Positions 28,597 to 38,866 of a DNA stretch of 64,000 bases are shown piece after piece (position 1 is the first letter of the stretch; the number at the start of each line of letters is the position of its first letter). The notes under the pieces are model-generated. The model saw nothing but the letters and a program-made list of their open reading frames with translations, did no database searches and was not told the origin of the DNA. Made by a program: the position numbers and the translations under genes. The DNA is from a candidate division FCPU426 bacterium (GTDB taxonomy: Bacteria; Oederibacteriota; PGYV01; Palsa-1178), in assembly GCA_963840035.1 (NCBI GenBank), contig CAWIXE010000002.1:578236-642235 (forward strand), written 5' to 3'.

Positions 28597-30924
28597 ATGA
28601 CAAATACGGTTCTCTTTGCGCGTGCTGCCGCAGGCGGTATGAAAAGAACGGCAGGCAAAATGTTTATGGCGTTGTTCTTATTTGCGGTTTTTGCTGTCGG
28701 CGTTTTTGCGGCTCCTGCTGCGGGAAATAATGAAGAGCGTATTTTCGTATCCCAGAAGGACGCGCTGTATAATGATCTTTCAACACTTGCCGGGGCAGGG
28801 CTTATTAAGTCAAAAGACGCTGATTATTTTCTGTATAATCCCATAACAAAAAAACAGGCCGCCGGGTTTATAATTGAGGCGCGTTATTACCTGGGGGTAA
28901 CACGTCCGGCTGAAGACGCCGTTGATGAAAAGAAATTTACGAAAGTCATCAATTCCTGCGCTTCCGGATTACAGGAAGAAATAAAATCAGCGCCGGCATT
29001 TGCCGTTGTTGCTGTAAATGAATCTGAAGCGCAAAGCCGGCTTGATGGAGTTGAGGCGGCGATAAGCGACGCTGAAAGCGCCCGTAACGAAACGTTCTTT
29101 AACTCCGGTTCGTCCCTGAAAATCGAGGGCATAATAAGCGCTAAATACACGGACCTTGGAGCTTATGGCGTATGCCCGTTCAACCATTCGGCTTTTACCG
29201 GCACATATATGCAGCTGCTGATCTCAAAAAGCTTTTCAAGCGACCTGTCCTTAAGCATGTACTTAAACCTTGAACCGCGTTACAACGACCCTGTCATAGG
29301 CACAGCATATCCCGATTTTTTTACTCCGTCAAATATTATGGACAATTTCTCCATGAGCTTAAACGCGGGCCCGTGGAAAATAAGCGGCGGGACCATCTGG
29401 GAGGATATTACTTCCTTTATCGCCTCGCAGGGGCCTTCAGACAGGCCCTGGATATTTGAACGCGACCAGCTGGCGGCCGATGAAAAGGCAAAGGACCATT
29501 ACGAGACCATTTTCCGCAATTATTTTCAGTCCCTGGATGACAGGTGGTCAAAACACCCGTGGATGGGGCTCGAAGTATTTAATGACAAACTCTTCGGCAG
29601 GGACCAGCTGAAACTCATGGCCGGAAAGGCCAATAACTTTTATACCAATTATTTATATGAGTTCGGCGCGCGCTATACCAGGCGCCAGGATATACTCTTT
29701 TTTTCCGCGGCTGAATGGTCGGCAAATTTCTATAACACTTCAAACCAGAAAGCTGAAGCGTTTGCCATGCAGGACGCGGACCCGTTTGGACTGATTGCCG
29801 GCGATACCATCGCGGGCGGGGACGTCAAAGCCACGCTGTTTGGCCTTTTTAAAATTTCCGGTGAATTTGAATATTCAAATTATTACGCCAGGTACGTGAC
29901 ATCGACTCCGATGCCTTACACGCAAAAAGGCTCGGCCATGTACGCGAATCTGGTACCGTCATTTTTACCGAAGCAGATTTACCTCGGGGCCAGGTATACC
30001 AGGATAGACCCTGATTATGTGGCGCCGGCATCCGGCGTATCCGATACGAGCGTCAAATCAATTGACGCGGCAGACCCGGCAAAAGTCAAACTGGACAGCC
30101 TGACCACGATATCCGACCCCACAACTCTTGAAAACAATATGAACAAGATTGAAGTATCGGCCCGGCTGAATGTGCCGTACTGCCTTTTAAGGCTTAACTA
30201 TGGAGTGTCCTCGCAGCTTAGGGCGACGGGAAATATGTTCTATTCCAGGAGGTATGTCATAGGGACGTCCATCTGGTGGAACGCGTTTTACTCCAACTAC
30301 GGTTTTCTGGACACCGCCTCAGGCCAGCACGCGGCAATTATAAATTACAATAATAACAGGTATGATTATGACCCGTCTTTGACAACCTACAGGCTCGCTG
30401 AGATAATGGCGGGCGGGAATGGCGGCCTCGCGACAGACGAATGGACATCCTCAAGGGAGTTCATGGTCTCTTCGGACGTCACAAAAGACACGATAAAATA
30501 TAAAACAAACGCGGTCGCCGATTTAAGGGTTGAATTGAGCAGGTTTGTAGGCCTGCGTCAGCCTCTCTTTCTGCACGCTTACGGTGAACTCAACAGCCTT
30601 TCAAACGGGACTGATTACATAGTCAAGTATGACCCGGCGAGGCTTTTTTCCCAGCTTATTTTAACTTCAACAATCGTTTACAACCCCGTGAACAATATCT
30701 GCATCCTCGGATATTTCGGCTCTGAGGCGTGGGCGTCAAAAAGCACGCTGCCGCATGAGATTGACTACCTTGACTGCATGGCCGGTCTCGGCGCTGATTT
30801 TGACATATCGGGCAGGGCCGGCCTTTTTATAAGGGTAAAGAATTTTTTCCATAAGGATAAGTTCATATCCGGCAATAATTTCCACGGATGGCAGATAACA
30901 GGCGAGCTTAAGAGTTTCTTCTAA
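28597..30924 (+). CDS. SLH domain, coiled coil and large beta-barrel outer-membrane protein (OmpM/SlpA-like porin), paralog 1
   Basis: After the signal peptide, ALYNDLSTLAGAGLIKS...NPITKKQAAGFIIEA fits the SLH consensus. A predicted coiled-coil segment follows. Then come about 550 aa of alternating Y/N/S-rich beta-strands, with a C-terminal aromatic residue (GELKSFF). Confidence 0.6.
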   Translation: MTNTVLFARAAAGGMKRTAGKMFMALFLFAVFAVGVFAAPAAGNNEERIFVSQKDALYNDLSTLAGAGLIKSKDADYFLYNPITKKQAAGFIIEARYYLGVTRPAEDAVDEKKFTKVINSCASGLQEEIKSAPAFAVVAVNESEAQSRLDGVEAAISDAESARNETFFNSGSSLKIEGIISAKYTDLGAYGVCPFNHSAFTGTYMQLLISKSFSSDLSLSMYLNLEPRYNDPVIGTAYPDFFTPSNIMDNFSMSLNAGPWKISGGTIWEDITSFIASQGPSDRPWIFERDQLAADEKAKDHYETIFRNYFQSLDDRWSKHPWMGLEVFNDKLFGRDQLKLMAGKANNFYTNYLYEFGARYTRRQDILFFSAAEWSANFYNTSNQKAEAFAMQDADPFGLIAGDTIAGGDVKATLFGLFKISGEFEYSNYYARYVTSTPMPYTQKGSAMYANLVPSFLPKQIYLGARYTRIDPDYVAPASGVSDTSVKSIDAADPAKVKLDSLTTISDPTTLENNMNKIEVSARLNVPYCLLRLNYGVSSQLRATGNMFYSRRYVIGTSIWWNAFYSNYGFLDTASGQHAAIINYNNNRYDYDPSLTTYRLAEIMAGGNGGLATDEWTSSREFMVSSDVTKDTIKYKTNAVADLRVELSRFVGLRQPLFLHAYGELNSLSNGTDYIVKYDPARLFSQLILTSTIVYNPVNNICILGYFGSEAWASKSTLPHEIDYLDCMAGLGADFDISGRAGLFIRVKNFFHKDKFISGNNFHGWQITGELKSFF

Positions 30925-30945
30925 TATATTACGGAGGTAATTAAA

Positions 30946-33054
30946 TTGAAAAGAATAATCATCGTGTTGACGGCGGCTTTGTTGCTGCCGTGTATGCCTG
31001 CCATGGCAGTACCGGCGCCGGATAAAGCGTATCAGGACATTATGACGCTTTCGTCATCAGGCGTTATACCTGAAAAACCGGCAAAGGCGCAGATTACCAG
31101 GGATGAAGCGTTGATTCTGGTTGAATCCGGGGTTAAAAACGTAACAGCGGGTAATTACGGGGCGTCAAAAGCGGAACTTGAAACGCTTTATGGACTTGTA
31201 AAAATGTTTACGACAGACATGATGGAAAAGGGAAAGGACCTGGGGGAGATAGAGGATATCCTGGTCGACCTTAGGATGCGTTCGGAAAGTTCGCGCATGA
31301 AAAATATTGAGGATAAACAGGAAGCCATATCCGGAACCATAGGGCTTAAGATTAACGGCGATGCTTCAGTTAACATGGTGGACCTTCTTTTGACCGGGAA
31401 CGCGTTCCCGCTGGAGAGGGATTACAGGCCCGTCACGCAATACATTGACCTCATATTTTCAGCACATCAGTCGGACAAGCTTTCGGCTGAAGCGGTTTTC
31501 AGGATCGAGAGCCTTTTTGGCAGCTACTGGAGCGCCATGAATATATACGGCGTCAGGAAACTGAATATACACGGAAATTACCCGGTTTCATTTGACGCGG
31601 GAGTATATCAGGCAAAATTAACGCCGCTTACATTATGGGCTGTGGATGATGACAGGCCCTTTGAGGCGGCATTTTTTAAGAATAAGAGGGATATGATAAA
31701 GAAAGAACTGTATCTCGAAGATGAAATGTGGCCGCTGACAGGCTTAAAACTGGCATCGGATTTTAAATTATTCGGTGAAACGCAGTTCAACGCGGCGCTA
31801 ATGGCGGCAAGGATTGCCGTGGCAAACGACACTTCAACGACCTCATATGCCTCATATGTAAACGCCCCGTCATATTCGGCCAGTGCCGGAGCCTTATACA
31901 CATGCCCGCATGACAGGTATATGCTGGCGGGAAGGCTATCGACAGACCTGTCGTTTAAGGACAAAGTAACCTTTGGCCTTAACGCTGTTGAAATAACGGA
32001 TATCAAAGAGACAGGGCTTATTAAAATGTCGCCATCCATGAGCAATCTGGTGGCATCAGCGGACGCTGAGGTCAAGGTGTTTGACTGGCTGAAACTTAAG
32101 GGCGAATATGCCATGTCTGATTACTATGTCACGACGTCACAGTCGGCGCAGGTGTGGAACAACAGGGACAACTGGGATTCCGCGCTGATGGCGGGGCTTG
32201 AGGCGGAAGGATTCGGGCTTAAACTTGACGGCTCGTTCAGGGTCAACGGCGACGTTTTTACCTCGTACGCGGCACAGTCAAGGACATATGACGGGTTTGC
32301 CAACTTCGCATATCTGACGGAAAATAACACATGGAACGTATCAATGGCGCCGCCCGCGTTTTCACTTAATAACGCGGCGTTCCCGCTCACAAAATATAAC
32401 GCGTCTATAAACGGAAGTTACGCCGCAACCGGCAAGAATCTGATGCCGTTTGTTTTTTATGAGAATAACTCCATGCCTTACGGCGGGTCAACGCCTAACA
32501 GGCAGGGTCTTGATGTAAAAATAGGCGGCGATTATTTCGGATCGGCTATAATGCCGTCAGCCCGCTACTCTTACTACCAGGAGCTCGTGTCACACATGCC
32601 GGGCTCACAGGCTACATCGCCCAGGACTTTTCAGGCCGTTGAAGGCGGCATCAAGTCAAAACTTGGCAATATCTCCGCGGGCGCCGGATACAAACTTGAA
32701 ATGACGGAAAACACATCAATAGGAGGCCAGGTGGAACTTACTGCACAGATAATAGACGCTTCCTTTGATTATGGGATAACCCCGAAGTTAGGCGTTCACG
32801 CCGGCTTTAAAGGCAATATATTTGCCGGCAAGGATTGCCCGTATACATATACGTCGGGTTCGGGGATGGCTTTCGGAGTTTTAAAATCCTATGACGCTAC
32901 AATACTTAAGTGGGGGCTTGGAGTGGATTATGAAATATTAAAACAGGCGACTGCCAGGCTTTCATTCGCGCACACTTATTTTACGGATAACCTTGAATCA
33001 TCGAATAATTTTACGGCGCAGGAGATCGATCTGAGCGCTGTCATGACATTCTAA
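30946..33054 (+). CDS. SLH domain, coiled coil and beta-barrel outer-membrane protein (OmpM-like), paralog 2
   Basis: AYQDIMTLSSSGVIPEK...AQITRDEALILVESG is SLH-like. A coiled coil runs ELETLYGLVKMF..IEDKQEAISG. Then a beta-barrel-like region with a C-terminal F (SAVMTF). Confidence 0.65.
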   Translation: MKRIIIVLTAALLLPCMPAMAVPAPDKAYQDIMTLSSSGVIPEKPAKAQITRDEALILVESGVKNVTAGNYGASKAELETLYGLVKMFTTDMMEKGKDLGEIEDILVDLRMRSESSRMKNIEDKQEAISGTIGLKINGDASVNMVDLLLTGNAFPLERDYRPVTQYIDLIFSAHQSDKLSAEAVFRIESLFGSYWSAMNIYGVRKLNIHGNYPVSFDAGVYQAKLTPLTLWAVDDDRPFEAAFFKNKRDMIKKELYLEDEMWPLTGLKLASDFKLFGETQFNAALMAARIAVANDTSTTSYASYVNAPSYSASAGALYTCPHDRYMLAGRLSTDLSFKDKVTFGLNAVEITDIKETGLIKMSPSMSNLVASADAEVKVFDWLKLKGEYAMSDYYVTTSQSAQVWNNRDNWDSALMAGLEAEGFGLKLDGSFRVNGDVFTSYAAQSRTYDGFANFAYLTENNTWNVSMAPPAFSLNNAAFPLTKYNASINGSYAATGKNLMPFVFYENNSMPYGGSTPNRQGLDVKIGGDYFGSAIMPSARYSYYQELVSHMPGSQATSPRTFQAVEGGIKSKLGNISAGAGYKLEMTENTSIGGQVELTAQIIDASFDYGITPKLGVHAGFKGNIFAGKDCPYTYTSGSGMAFGVLKSYDATILKWGLGVDYEILKQATARLSFAHTYFTDNLESSNNFTAQEIDLSAVMTF

Positions 33055-33070
33055 TAAACGGAGGGAAAAA

Positions 33071-35218
33071 ATGACCAAAGACAGATTTTTATTGTTCGCA
33101 TTCGCAATAGCCGTGCTTATAGCCGGCTGCGCAGGGGGTGCTGTAATGGCTGATGGAAGTGCTGGAAGCGGAAAGTATGTGTGGAAAAGCGTTATCGCCG
33201 GCGGCGGCGGATTTATAGACGGGATTATTTACCATCCCGCGGAAAAAGGGCTTGTATATCTGCGAACCGATATGGGCGGGGCTTACAGGTGGGATGACAC
33301 CGCGAAAATTTGGATATGCTTAAATGACATGTTCACAAGGTCTGAGGCTGATAATTACGGCATATTAAGCCTTGCTGTTGACCCGGCAGACGCGAATAAA
33401 GTCTATATGATGACAGGCAAGTACACGCAGGACTGGGCGGGTAAAGGCGTATTTTTAGCCTCAGACGACAGGGGCAAGACATGGAAAAAAACCGGCCTTG
33501 ATTTCAAGGTTGGCGGCAATGAGGATGGAAGGGGCTGCGGAGAAAGGCTCGCGGTTGACCCGAATAAACCATCTGTGCTTTTCATGGGCTCAACAAAGAA
33601 CGGCATGTGGAAATCAACAGACAGCGGCGAAACATGGGAGCAGGTAAGTTCGTTCAAGCCGGTAAACATAAACTTCATAGCTTTTGACCCGGCAAGCGGG
33701 AAAAAGGGCTCGGTTTCAAAAAGAATATTCGCGTCGGCAGCGGATACATCAAAGTCCATATATGTATCCGAGGACGCGGGTAAGTCATGGAAAGCTGTTG
33801 TGGGACAGCCTAAGAAATTAATGGGAATCAGGAATGATGTTGTGAAAGGCTTTTTATATGTAACTTTTTCCGACGGGCCGGGGCCTAACGGCGCGACTAT
33901 GGGCGCGGTATATAAATACGACATAGCGGAAGGGGCATGGACTGACCTTAAACTTCCTGAAGGGCCGGGCGGATTTTCCGGAATATCAGTAAACCCGAAA
34001 GACCCGAAAAACATCATAGTATCATCGCTCGACAGGTGGGGCGGCCCGGATGATGTTTTCCTTACATTTGACGGCGGAAAAACATGGGCACAGAAAATAA
34101 AAGGCGCGAAATGGGATAATTCTTACGCCCCTTATACGGCGAAAAATTTTACTCCGCACTGGATAGCTGACGTTAAGATGGACCCGTTTGACCCCAACAG
34201 CGCCATGTGGGTGACCGGATACGGGCTCTGGGCCACGAATAACCTGAAGGATGAACCCTGCACGTGGTATTTCAATGACAAAATAATAGAACAGACCGTA
34301 CCGCTTGAGATAATAAGCCCTCCGTCCGGAGGCGCGCACTTGGTCTCGGCGCTGGGGGATGTGGACGGGTTCAGGTACGTGGATGATTTTGATAAATCGC
34401 CCGCAGACAGGCATTCGCCTCCGAGCTGGACGACACTTTCCATGGCGTGCGCGTGGAACTCGCCTGATTTTATGGTAAAGACAATAAATAAACCCACGTT
34501 CGGCGCGTATTCCGAAGATAACGGAATTACCTGGAAGAATTTCGCGAAGAAGCCGGAGGGCGCGAAAAGCGGCGGCGGCACAAGGTCGATATGCGTATCA
34601 GCCGACGGAAAATCCATAGTGTGGTATCCGGAAAAAGCCGAACTCTATTTTTCAAAGGATAAAGGCGCTACATGGACCAAATCCAACGGCGGAGTGCCGG
34701 GAATAAGGCCGGTTGCCGATACAGCAAACGCATCAAAGATATACGCGTACGACGGTGCCACCGGCACCATGTGGGTATCAAATGATTACGGCGAGAATTT
34801 CTCAAAAGGTTCCGCTAATTTTGATTTCGTGCAGAAATGGACTGTTGATGACTGCATGGCTGCTGCTGTCCCGGGTAAAGAGGGGCATGTATGGGTTACG
34901 GCAGACACTAAAGGCCTCTTCCGCACAAAGGATTCTGGAAACAGCGCGAATAAGATTGAAGGCGTTGATGAAGCATACAGGCTCGGGTTCGGCAAGGCAG
35001 CGCCGGGTAAGGATTATCCCGCAATATTTATCGTGGGCAAAGTCGGCGGTGTTTACGGTTTCTTCAGGTCGGATGACGAAGGTTCTTCCTGGACACGCAT
35101 AAATGACGACGAGCACCAGTACGGCTGGATACACTGCATCATAGGAGACCCGAGGATTTATGGCAGGTGCTATGTGGCGCTTGAAGGCAGGGGCGTTGCT
35201 TATGGGGATTTACAGTAA
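33071..35218 (+). CDS. BNR/Asp-box repeat tandem beta-propeller glycoside hydrolase, GH74-like (xyloglucanase family), lipoprotein
   Basis: Lipobox LIAGCAGG, then WKSVIAGGGGFIDGIIYHP..RTDMGGAYRWDD. At least 8 S-x-D-x-G-x-T-W Asp-boxes (SDDRGKTW, STDSGETW, SEDAGKSW, TFDGGKTW, SEDNGITW, SKDKGATW...). Confidence 0.7.
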   Translation: MTKDRFLLFAFAIAVLIAGCAGGAVMADGSAGSGKYVWKSVIAGGGGFIDGIIYHPAEKGLVYLRTDMGGAYRWDDTAKIWICLNDMFTRSEADNYGILSLAVDPADANKVYMMTGKYTQDWAGKGVFLASDDRGKTWKKTGLDFKVGGNEDGRGCGERLAVDPNKPSVLFMGSTKNGMWKSTDSGETWEQVSSFKPVNINFIAFDPASGKKGSVSKRIFASAADTSKSIYVSEDAGKSWKAVVGQPKKLMGIRNDVVKGFLYVTFSDGPGPNGATMGAVYKYDIAEGAWTDLKLPEGPGGFSGISVNPKDPKNIIVSSLDRWGGPDDVFLTFDGGKTWAQKIKGAKWDNSYAPYTAKNFTPHWIADVKMDPFDPNSAMWVTGYGLWATNNLKDEPCTWYFNDKIIEQTVPLEIISPPSGGAHLVSALGDVDGFRYVDDFDKSPADRHSPPSWTTLSMACAWNSPDFMVKTINKPTFGAYSEDNGITWKNFAKKPEGAKSGGGTRSICVSADGKSIVWYPEKAELYFSKDKGATWTKSNGGVPGIRPVADTANASKIYAYDGATGTMWVSNDYGENFSKGSANFDFVQKWTVDDCMAAAVPGKEGHVWVTADTKGLFRTKDSGNSANKIEGVDEAYRLGFGKAAPGKDYPAIFIVGKVGGVYGFFRSDDEGSSWTRINDDEHQYGWIHCIIGDPRIYGRCYVALEGRGVAYGDLQ

Positions 35219-35324
35219 TCACAAATCCCATGCTTCGACAAGCTCAGCATGTAATCACATATCCCGAGTTGAACAGGTAATATCAAACAGGTAAAGAAAT
35301 AAAACTAATTCAAGGAGGAGAAAC

Positions 35325-35924
35325 ATGAAGAAAGTTCTTGCACTGATGGGAATTGCAGTGGTAATGGTTTTTGCGGGATGCGCGTCAACAGGCGCGGCTG
35401 CGGATACTTCGGCATCTGCTGCGCCGGCAGCTTCGACTGCGCCGGTAGCCGGAAACACGTTCGTGATATGCAATTTTGAGTCGAAAACAACTGACGGGTT
35501 TGAAGGCAAAGGGAAATGGGCGGATGCATTAAAGGTAAATGATGACGCCAAGTTTGTAAAGGAAGGCAAGTATTCGCTTAAGATAAACGCAAAGGGAAGC
35601 ACGGGCTGGAACCAGGACATTGCCGTAAGCGCGGGCCCTTTTCCGGACAAATTTAACAGGTTAAAGGCGATAACAATGGACGTTTTTGTGCCGAAAGAAT
35701 CCATAAAGGGAACCGAATATTTTCAGATATTTTTTGTGGTGAACGGTTCGGCAAACGCGTGGTACCAGGTACCGCAGGGCCTCAAAGAAGGCTGGAATTC
35801 GCTTGAATACAAGATAGATACAGACAACGTCTCCGGCGACATATGGCACGTTTATATGGTATTTAATTCCGGCGGGACACTCGCAGGGCCGGTTTATATC
35901 GATAATATAGCAGGTCAGTACTAA
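35325..35924 (+). CDS. Small surface lipoprotein with a CBM-like beta-sandwich; hypothetical
   Basis: Lipobox VFAGCAST, an Ala/Ser linker, and a ~150-aa segment with a CBM-like pattern (FVICNFE..GKYSLKIN..WYQVPQ..VYIDNI). Confidence 0.55.
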   Translation: MKKVLALMGIAVVMVFAGCASTGAAADTSASAAPAASTAPVAGNTFVICNFESKTTDGFEGKGKWADALKVNDDAKFVKEGKYSLKINAKGSTGWNQDIAVSAGPFPDKFNRLKAITMDVFVPKESIKGTEYFQIFFVVNGSANAWYQVPQGLKEGWNSLEYKIDTDNVSGDIWHVYMVFNSGGTLAGPVYIDNIAGQY

Positions 35925-35943
35925 GTATAAACGGATAATCAAT

Positions 35944-35982
35944 GCGGCGCCCGGGCTGTATAAAGGCCCGGGCAGCCGCATT
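35944..35982 (+). terminator. Rho-independent terminator
   Basis: gcggcgcccgggc-tgtataaag-gcccgggcagccgc followed by atttttaag. Confidence 0.75.
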
Positions 35983-36123
35983 TTTAAGAATACAATGAAA
36001 TAACACGTCTTAATATCGGTGTAAGCGATTCCGGAAACATCGCGAAGGCCGGGGTTTCACCGCATAAACAGGCACGGCAGCATAGCTGTCCCGGAAAGGG
36101 ACATGAATATTACGGAGGAAACG

Positions 36124-38859
36124 ATGAAATATACGGTAAAAAGCAGCGGAATTGAAGTAACACTGGGAAAGAATGTATTAAGCGTGGAGCCATATTCGCC
36201 CGGGATTATCAGGGTGAAGTGCGGGCCAAAGACGGCTAAAAAAAGGGAAAGCCTTTCCGTGGTTTTAAAGCCGGAAAACTTCAGGTGGTCGATAACCGAG
36301 GAAAAAAACTGCCTGTGGGTGCTGGCCGGCGGTCTTAAGGTGAAAGTTGAGGGCGCGGGAACCGTGAGGTTTTATGATGCGGCCGGAAAACTCCTGCTCT
36401 CGGAAAAATCATCCGCTAAAAAACTCAAACCGTCGACGGTGTCCGGCGAAAAATGCATTAACTCCTCGCAGGGGTTCCTGCGTTCGGCTGATGAAGCCAT
36501 TTACGGGCTGGGACAGTATGAGGAAGATTTTATGAACTATAAAAACTGCGAAGTGCTCATGATTCAGGCAAACAGGGTGATAGTCAATCCTGTGATAACT
36601 TCCACAAAAGGCTGGGCTATGCTGTGGGACAATTATTCAGAGACCGTGTTTAAGGCGGGGGAAACGGACTTCTCGTTTGACTCTGAAGTTTCCGACGGCA
36701 TTGATTATTATTTCATGGCGGGCGGCTCCATAGACGGCGCCATAAAGCAGTACAGGAAATTAACCGGGGCCGCGCCCATGTTCCCGAAATGGATATTCGG
36801 TTTCTGGCAGTCAAAGGAACGTTATACTGACCGCGACGAGCTCATTTACATAATTAAGGAATGCAGGAAAAGGAAGATACCCTTAGACAGCATAGTACAG
36901 GACTGGCGCTACTGGGGTGAGAACGAGGTTTTCTCGGGTATGGAGTGGGAAAAGTACCGTTTTCCGGACCCAAAGAAGATGATGAAGGAAATACACGACC
37001 TGCACGCGCACCTGATGTGCTCGTTCTGGCCTGCGCTCGGCCCGGATTCAAAACCGCATAAGGAACTCGCGGCAAAAGGTCATATGTTCAAGGGCCCGCA
37101 CTGGACAGGGTCAAAACTTTACGACGCTTTTTCACCGGAGGCCAGGAGCATATACTGGAAACATGTAAAAAAATGCCTTTATGACAACGGCGTGGACGCA
37201 TACTGGATGGACGGCACTGAGGCTGAATTCTTGTCGGCAGAGGACAGGTACGTACTCGCCGAAACATACAAGGCCAATGGCAAAAATGAACTTGGAACTA
37301 TGGCAAGGTATTTAAACGCCTTTTCGCTGATGACCACAAAAGGCGTTTATGAGAATCACCGCGCAGTTTCCAATAATAAAAAGAGGGTATTCACTCTGAC
37401 CCGGTCCTCTTTCGCCGGACAGCAGCGCAACGCTGCTGCTGCGTGGTCAGGGGATACATTCGCCAGTTGGGAAACATTAAAAGGCCAGGTATCGGCCGGC
37501 ATTAATTTCTCCGCGTCAGGCCTGCCTTACTGGACCAGCGATATAGGCGCTTTCTACCCGTTCTTTAAATATAAGGAGCCGTTAAAGGACGCGGCATACA
37601 AAGAATTATATCTGCGCTGGTTCCAGTTCGTGGCATTTACGCCGATTTTGCGCGTGCACGGAACAGCCGCGCCAAGGGAAGTGTGGAGATTCGGCAACCC
37701 GGGAAGCGTGGAATATGATACGCAGATGAAGTTCATAGAGCTTAGGTATAAGCTTTTGCCTTACATATATTCAACGGCCTGGAAAGTAACGAGCCAGGGA
37801 TACTCGTTCATCCGTCCGCTGGCATCGGATTTTGCCGGGGATAAAGCCGCGGTAAATTGCGGTACGCAGTACATGTTCGGGGAGTCTTTGATGGCGTGCC
37901 CTGTGACCAAGGAACTTTACAGGGAAACAACGCACAAAGGCGATTACATTTATTATAAGAACCTCTTTACACCGGACGGCAAGGAACACGGGCTGATATA
38001 CGAGATATACAACGGAGTTGATTTCAAGGACCTGCGATGCACCAGGAAACTTGATACTTCCTCCATGGGATGGGCAGGAAATATTCCGGCGGACATTAAA
38101 CTTGAATATTCGCAGAGATGGACAGGAAAGATACTCACAAACGAAGCCGGCAAATATGATTTTACAGCCATTACAGACGGTAGCGTCAGAATCTGGCTTA
38201 ACGGGAAGCTTGTCGTGGACGCGTGGGATAACAGGGAAGAAAAACGTTTTGATTTCTCCGCGAAACTCAAAGAAAACACCAAGTACTCCATAAAGCTCGA
38301 GCACCAGCAGTTCCGGATGAAGCAGGCAATAATGAGGCTGAACTGGCATACCCCGGCAATGAAAAAAGATGAGGCAAAGAAATCAATAAATGTTTACATG
38401 CCTGCGGACAAAAAATGGGTGGATTTCTGGACAGGCAAAGCAACTGTATCGGGTAAGGTGTTGGCCTTAAAGCCGGCGCTTGATACCATGCCGCTATACG
38501 TGGCTGCGGGTTCCATAATCCCCGTAGGACCGGCTATGCAGTATGTCACTGAAAAACCGGCGGACCCGCTCGAACTGCGCGTGTATCCCGGCGCTGACGC
38601 CTCTTTTGAGCTGTATGAGGATGAAGGAGACGGTTATGACTATGAAAAAGGCGCATTTTCAATCATATCCATAAAGTGGTTTGACAGGTTTAACACTCTT
38701 GTTATCGGGAAAAGGCAGGGAAAATTCCCGGGCATGATGAATGAGCGCACCTTTAAGGTGGCCCTGGTTAAACCCGGACGCGGCACAGGCATAAAGGAAA
38801 CACCAAAAGCTGATGCCGTAGTAAAATATGACGGGACGGAAAAGACGGTAAAAATTTAG
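36124..38859 (+). CDS. GH31 alpha-xylosidase/alpha-glucosidase with a C-terminal PA14-like domain
   Basis: GH31 core WQSKERY..LDSIVQDWRYW, the nucleophile region DAYWMDGTEAEF and RVHG. A PA14-like insert TGKILTNEAGKYDFTAITDGSVRIWLNGKLVVDAWDN. The ORF-track start is moved to the ATG that follows GGAGGA. Confidence 0.85.
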   Translation: MKYTVKSSGIEVTLGKNVLSVEPYSPGIIRVKCGPKTAKKRESLSVVLKPENFRWSITEEKNCLWVLAGGLKVKVEGAGTVRFYDAAGKLLLSEKSSAKKLKPSTVSGEKCINSSQGFLRSADEAIYGLGQYEEDFMNYKNCEVLMIQANRVIVNPVITSTKGWAMLWDNYSETVFKAGETDFSFDSEVSDGIDYYFMAGGSIDGAIKQYRKLTGAAPMFPKWIFGFWQSKERYTDRDELIYIIKECRKRKIPLDSIVQDWRYWGENEVFSGMEWEKYRFPDPKKMMKEIHDLHAHLMCSFWPALGPDSKPHKELAAKGHMFKGPHWTGSKLYDAFSPEARSIYWKHVKKCLYDNGVDAYWMDGTEAEFLSAEDRYVLAETYKANGKNELGTMARYLNAFSLMTTKGVYENHRAVSNNKKRVFTLTRSSFAGQQRNAAAAWSGDTFASWETLKGQVSAGINFSASGLPYWTSDIGAFYPFFKYKEPLKDAAYKELYLRWFQFVAFTPILRVHGTAAPREVWRFGNPGSVEYDTQMKFIELRYKLLPYIYSTAWKVTSQGYSFIRPLASDFAGDKAAVNCGTQYMFGESLMACPVTKELYRETTHKGDYIYYKNLFTPDGKEHGLIYEIYNGVDFKDLRCTRKLDTSSMGWAGNIPADIKLEYSQRWTGKILTNEAGKYDFTAITDGSVRIWLNGKLVVDAWDNREEKRFDFSAKLKENTKYSIKLEHQQFRMKQAIMRLNWHTPAMKKDEAKKSINVYMPADKKWVDFWTGKATVSGKVLALKPALDTMPLYVAAGSIIPVGPAMQYVTEKPADPLELRVYPGADASFELYEDEGDGYDYEKGAFSIISIKWFDRFNTLVIGKRQGKFPGMMNERTFKVALVKPGRGTGIKETPKADAVVKYDGTEKTVKI

Positions 38860-38866
38860 GAGGCAT

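Noticed and set aside
33403-35134. Minus-strand ORFs of 110-204 aa inside the GH74-like gene
   Set aside because: Antisense to a gene with at least 8 Asp-box repeats. No start-site signals.
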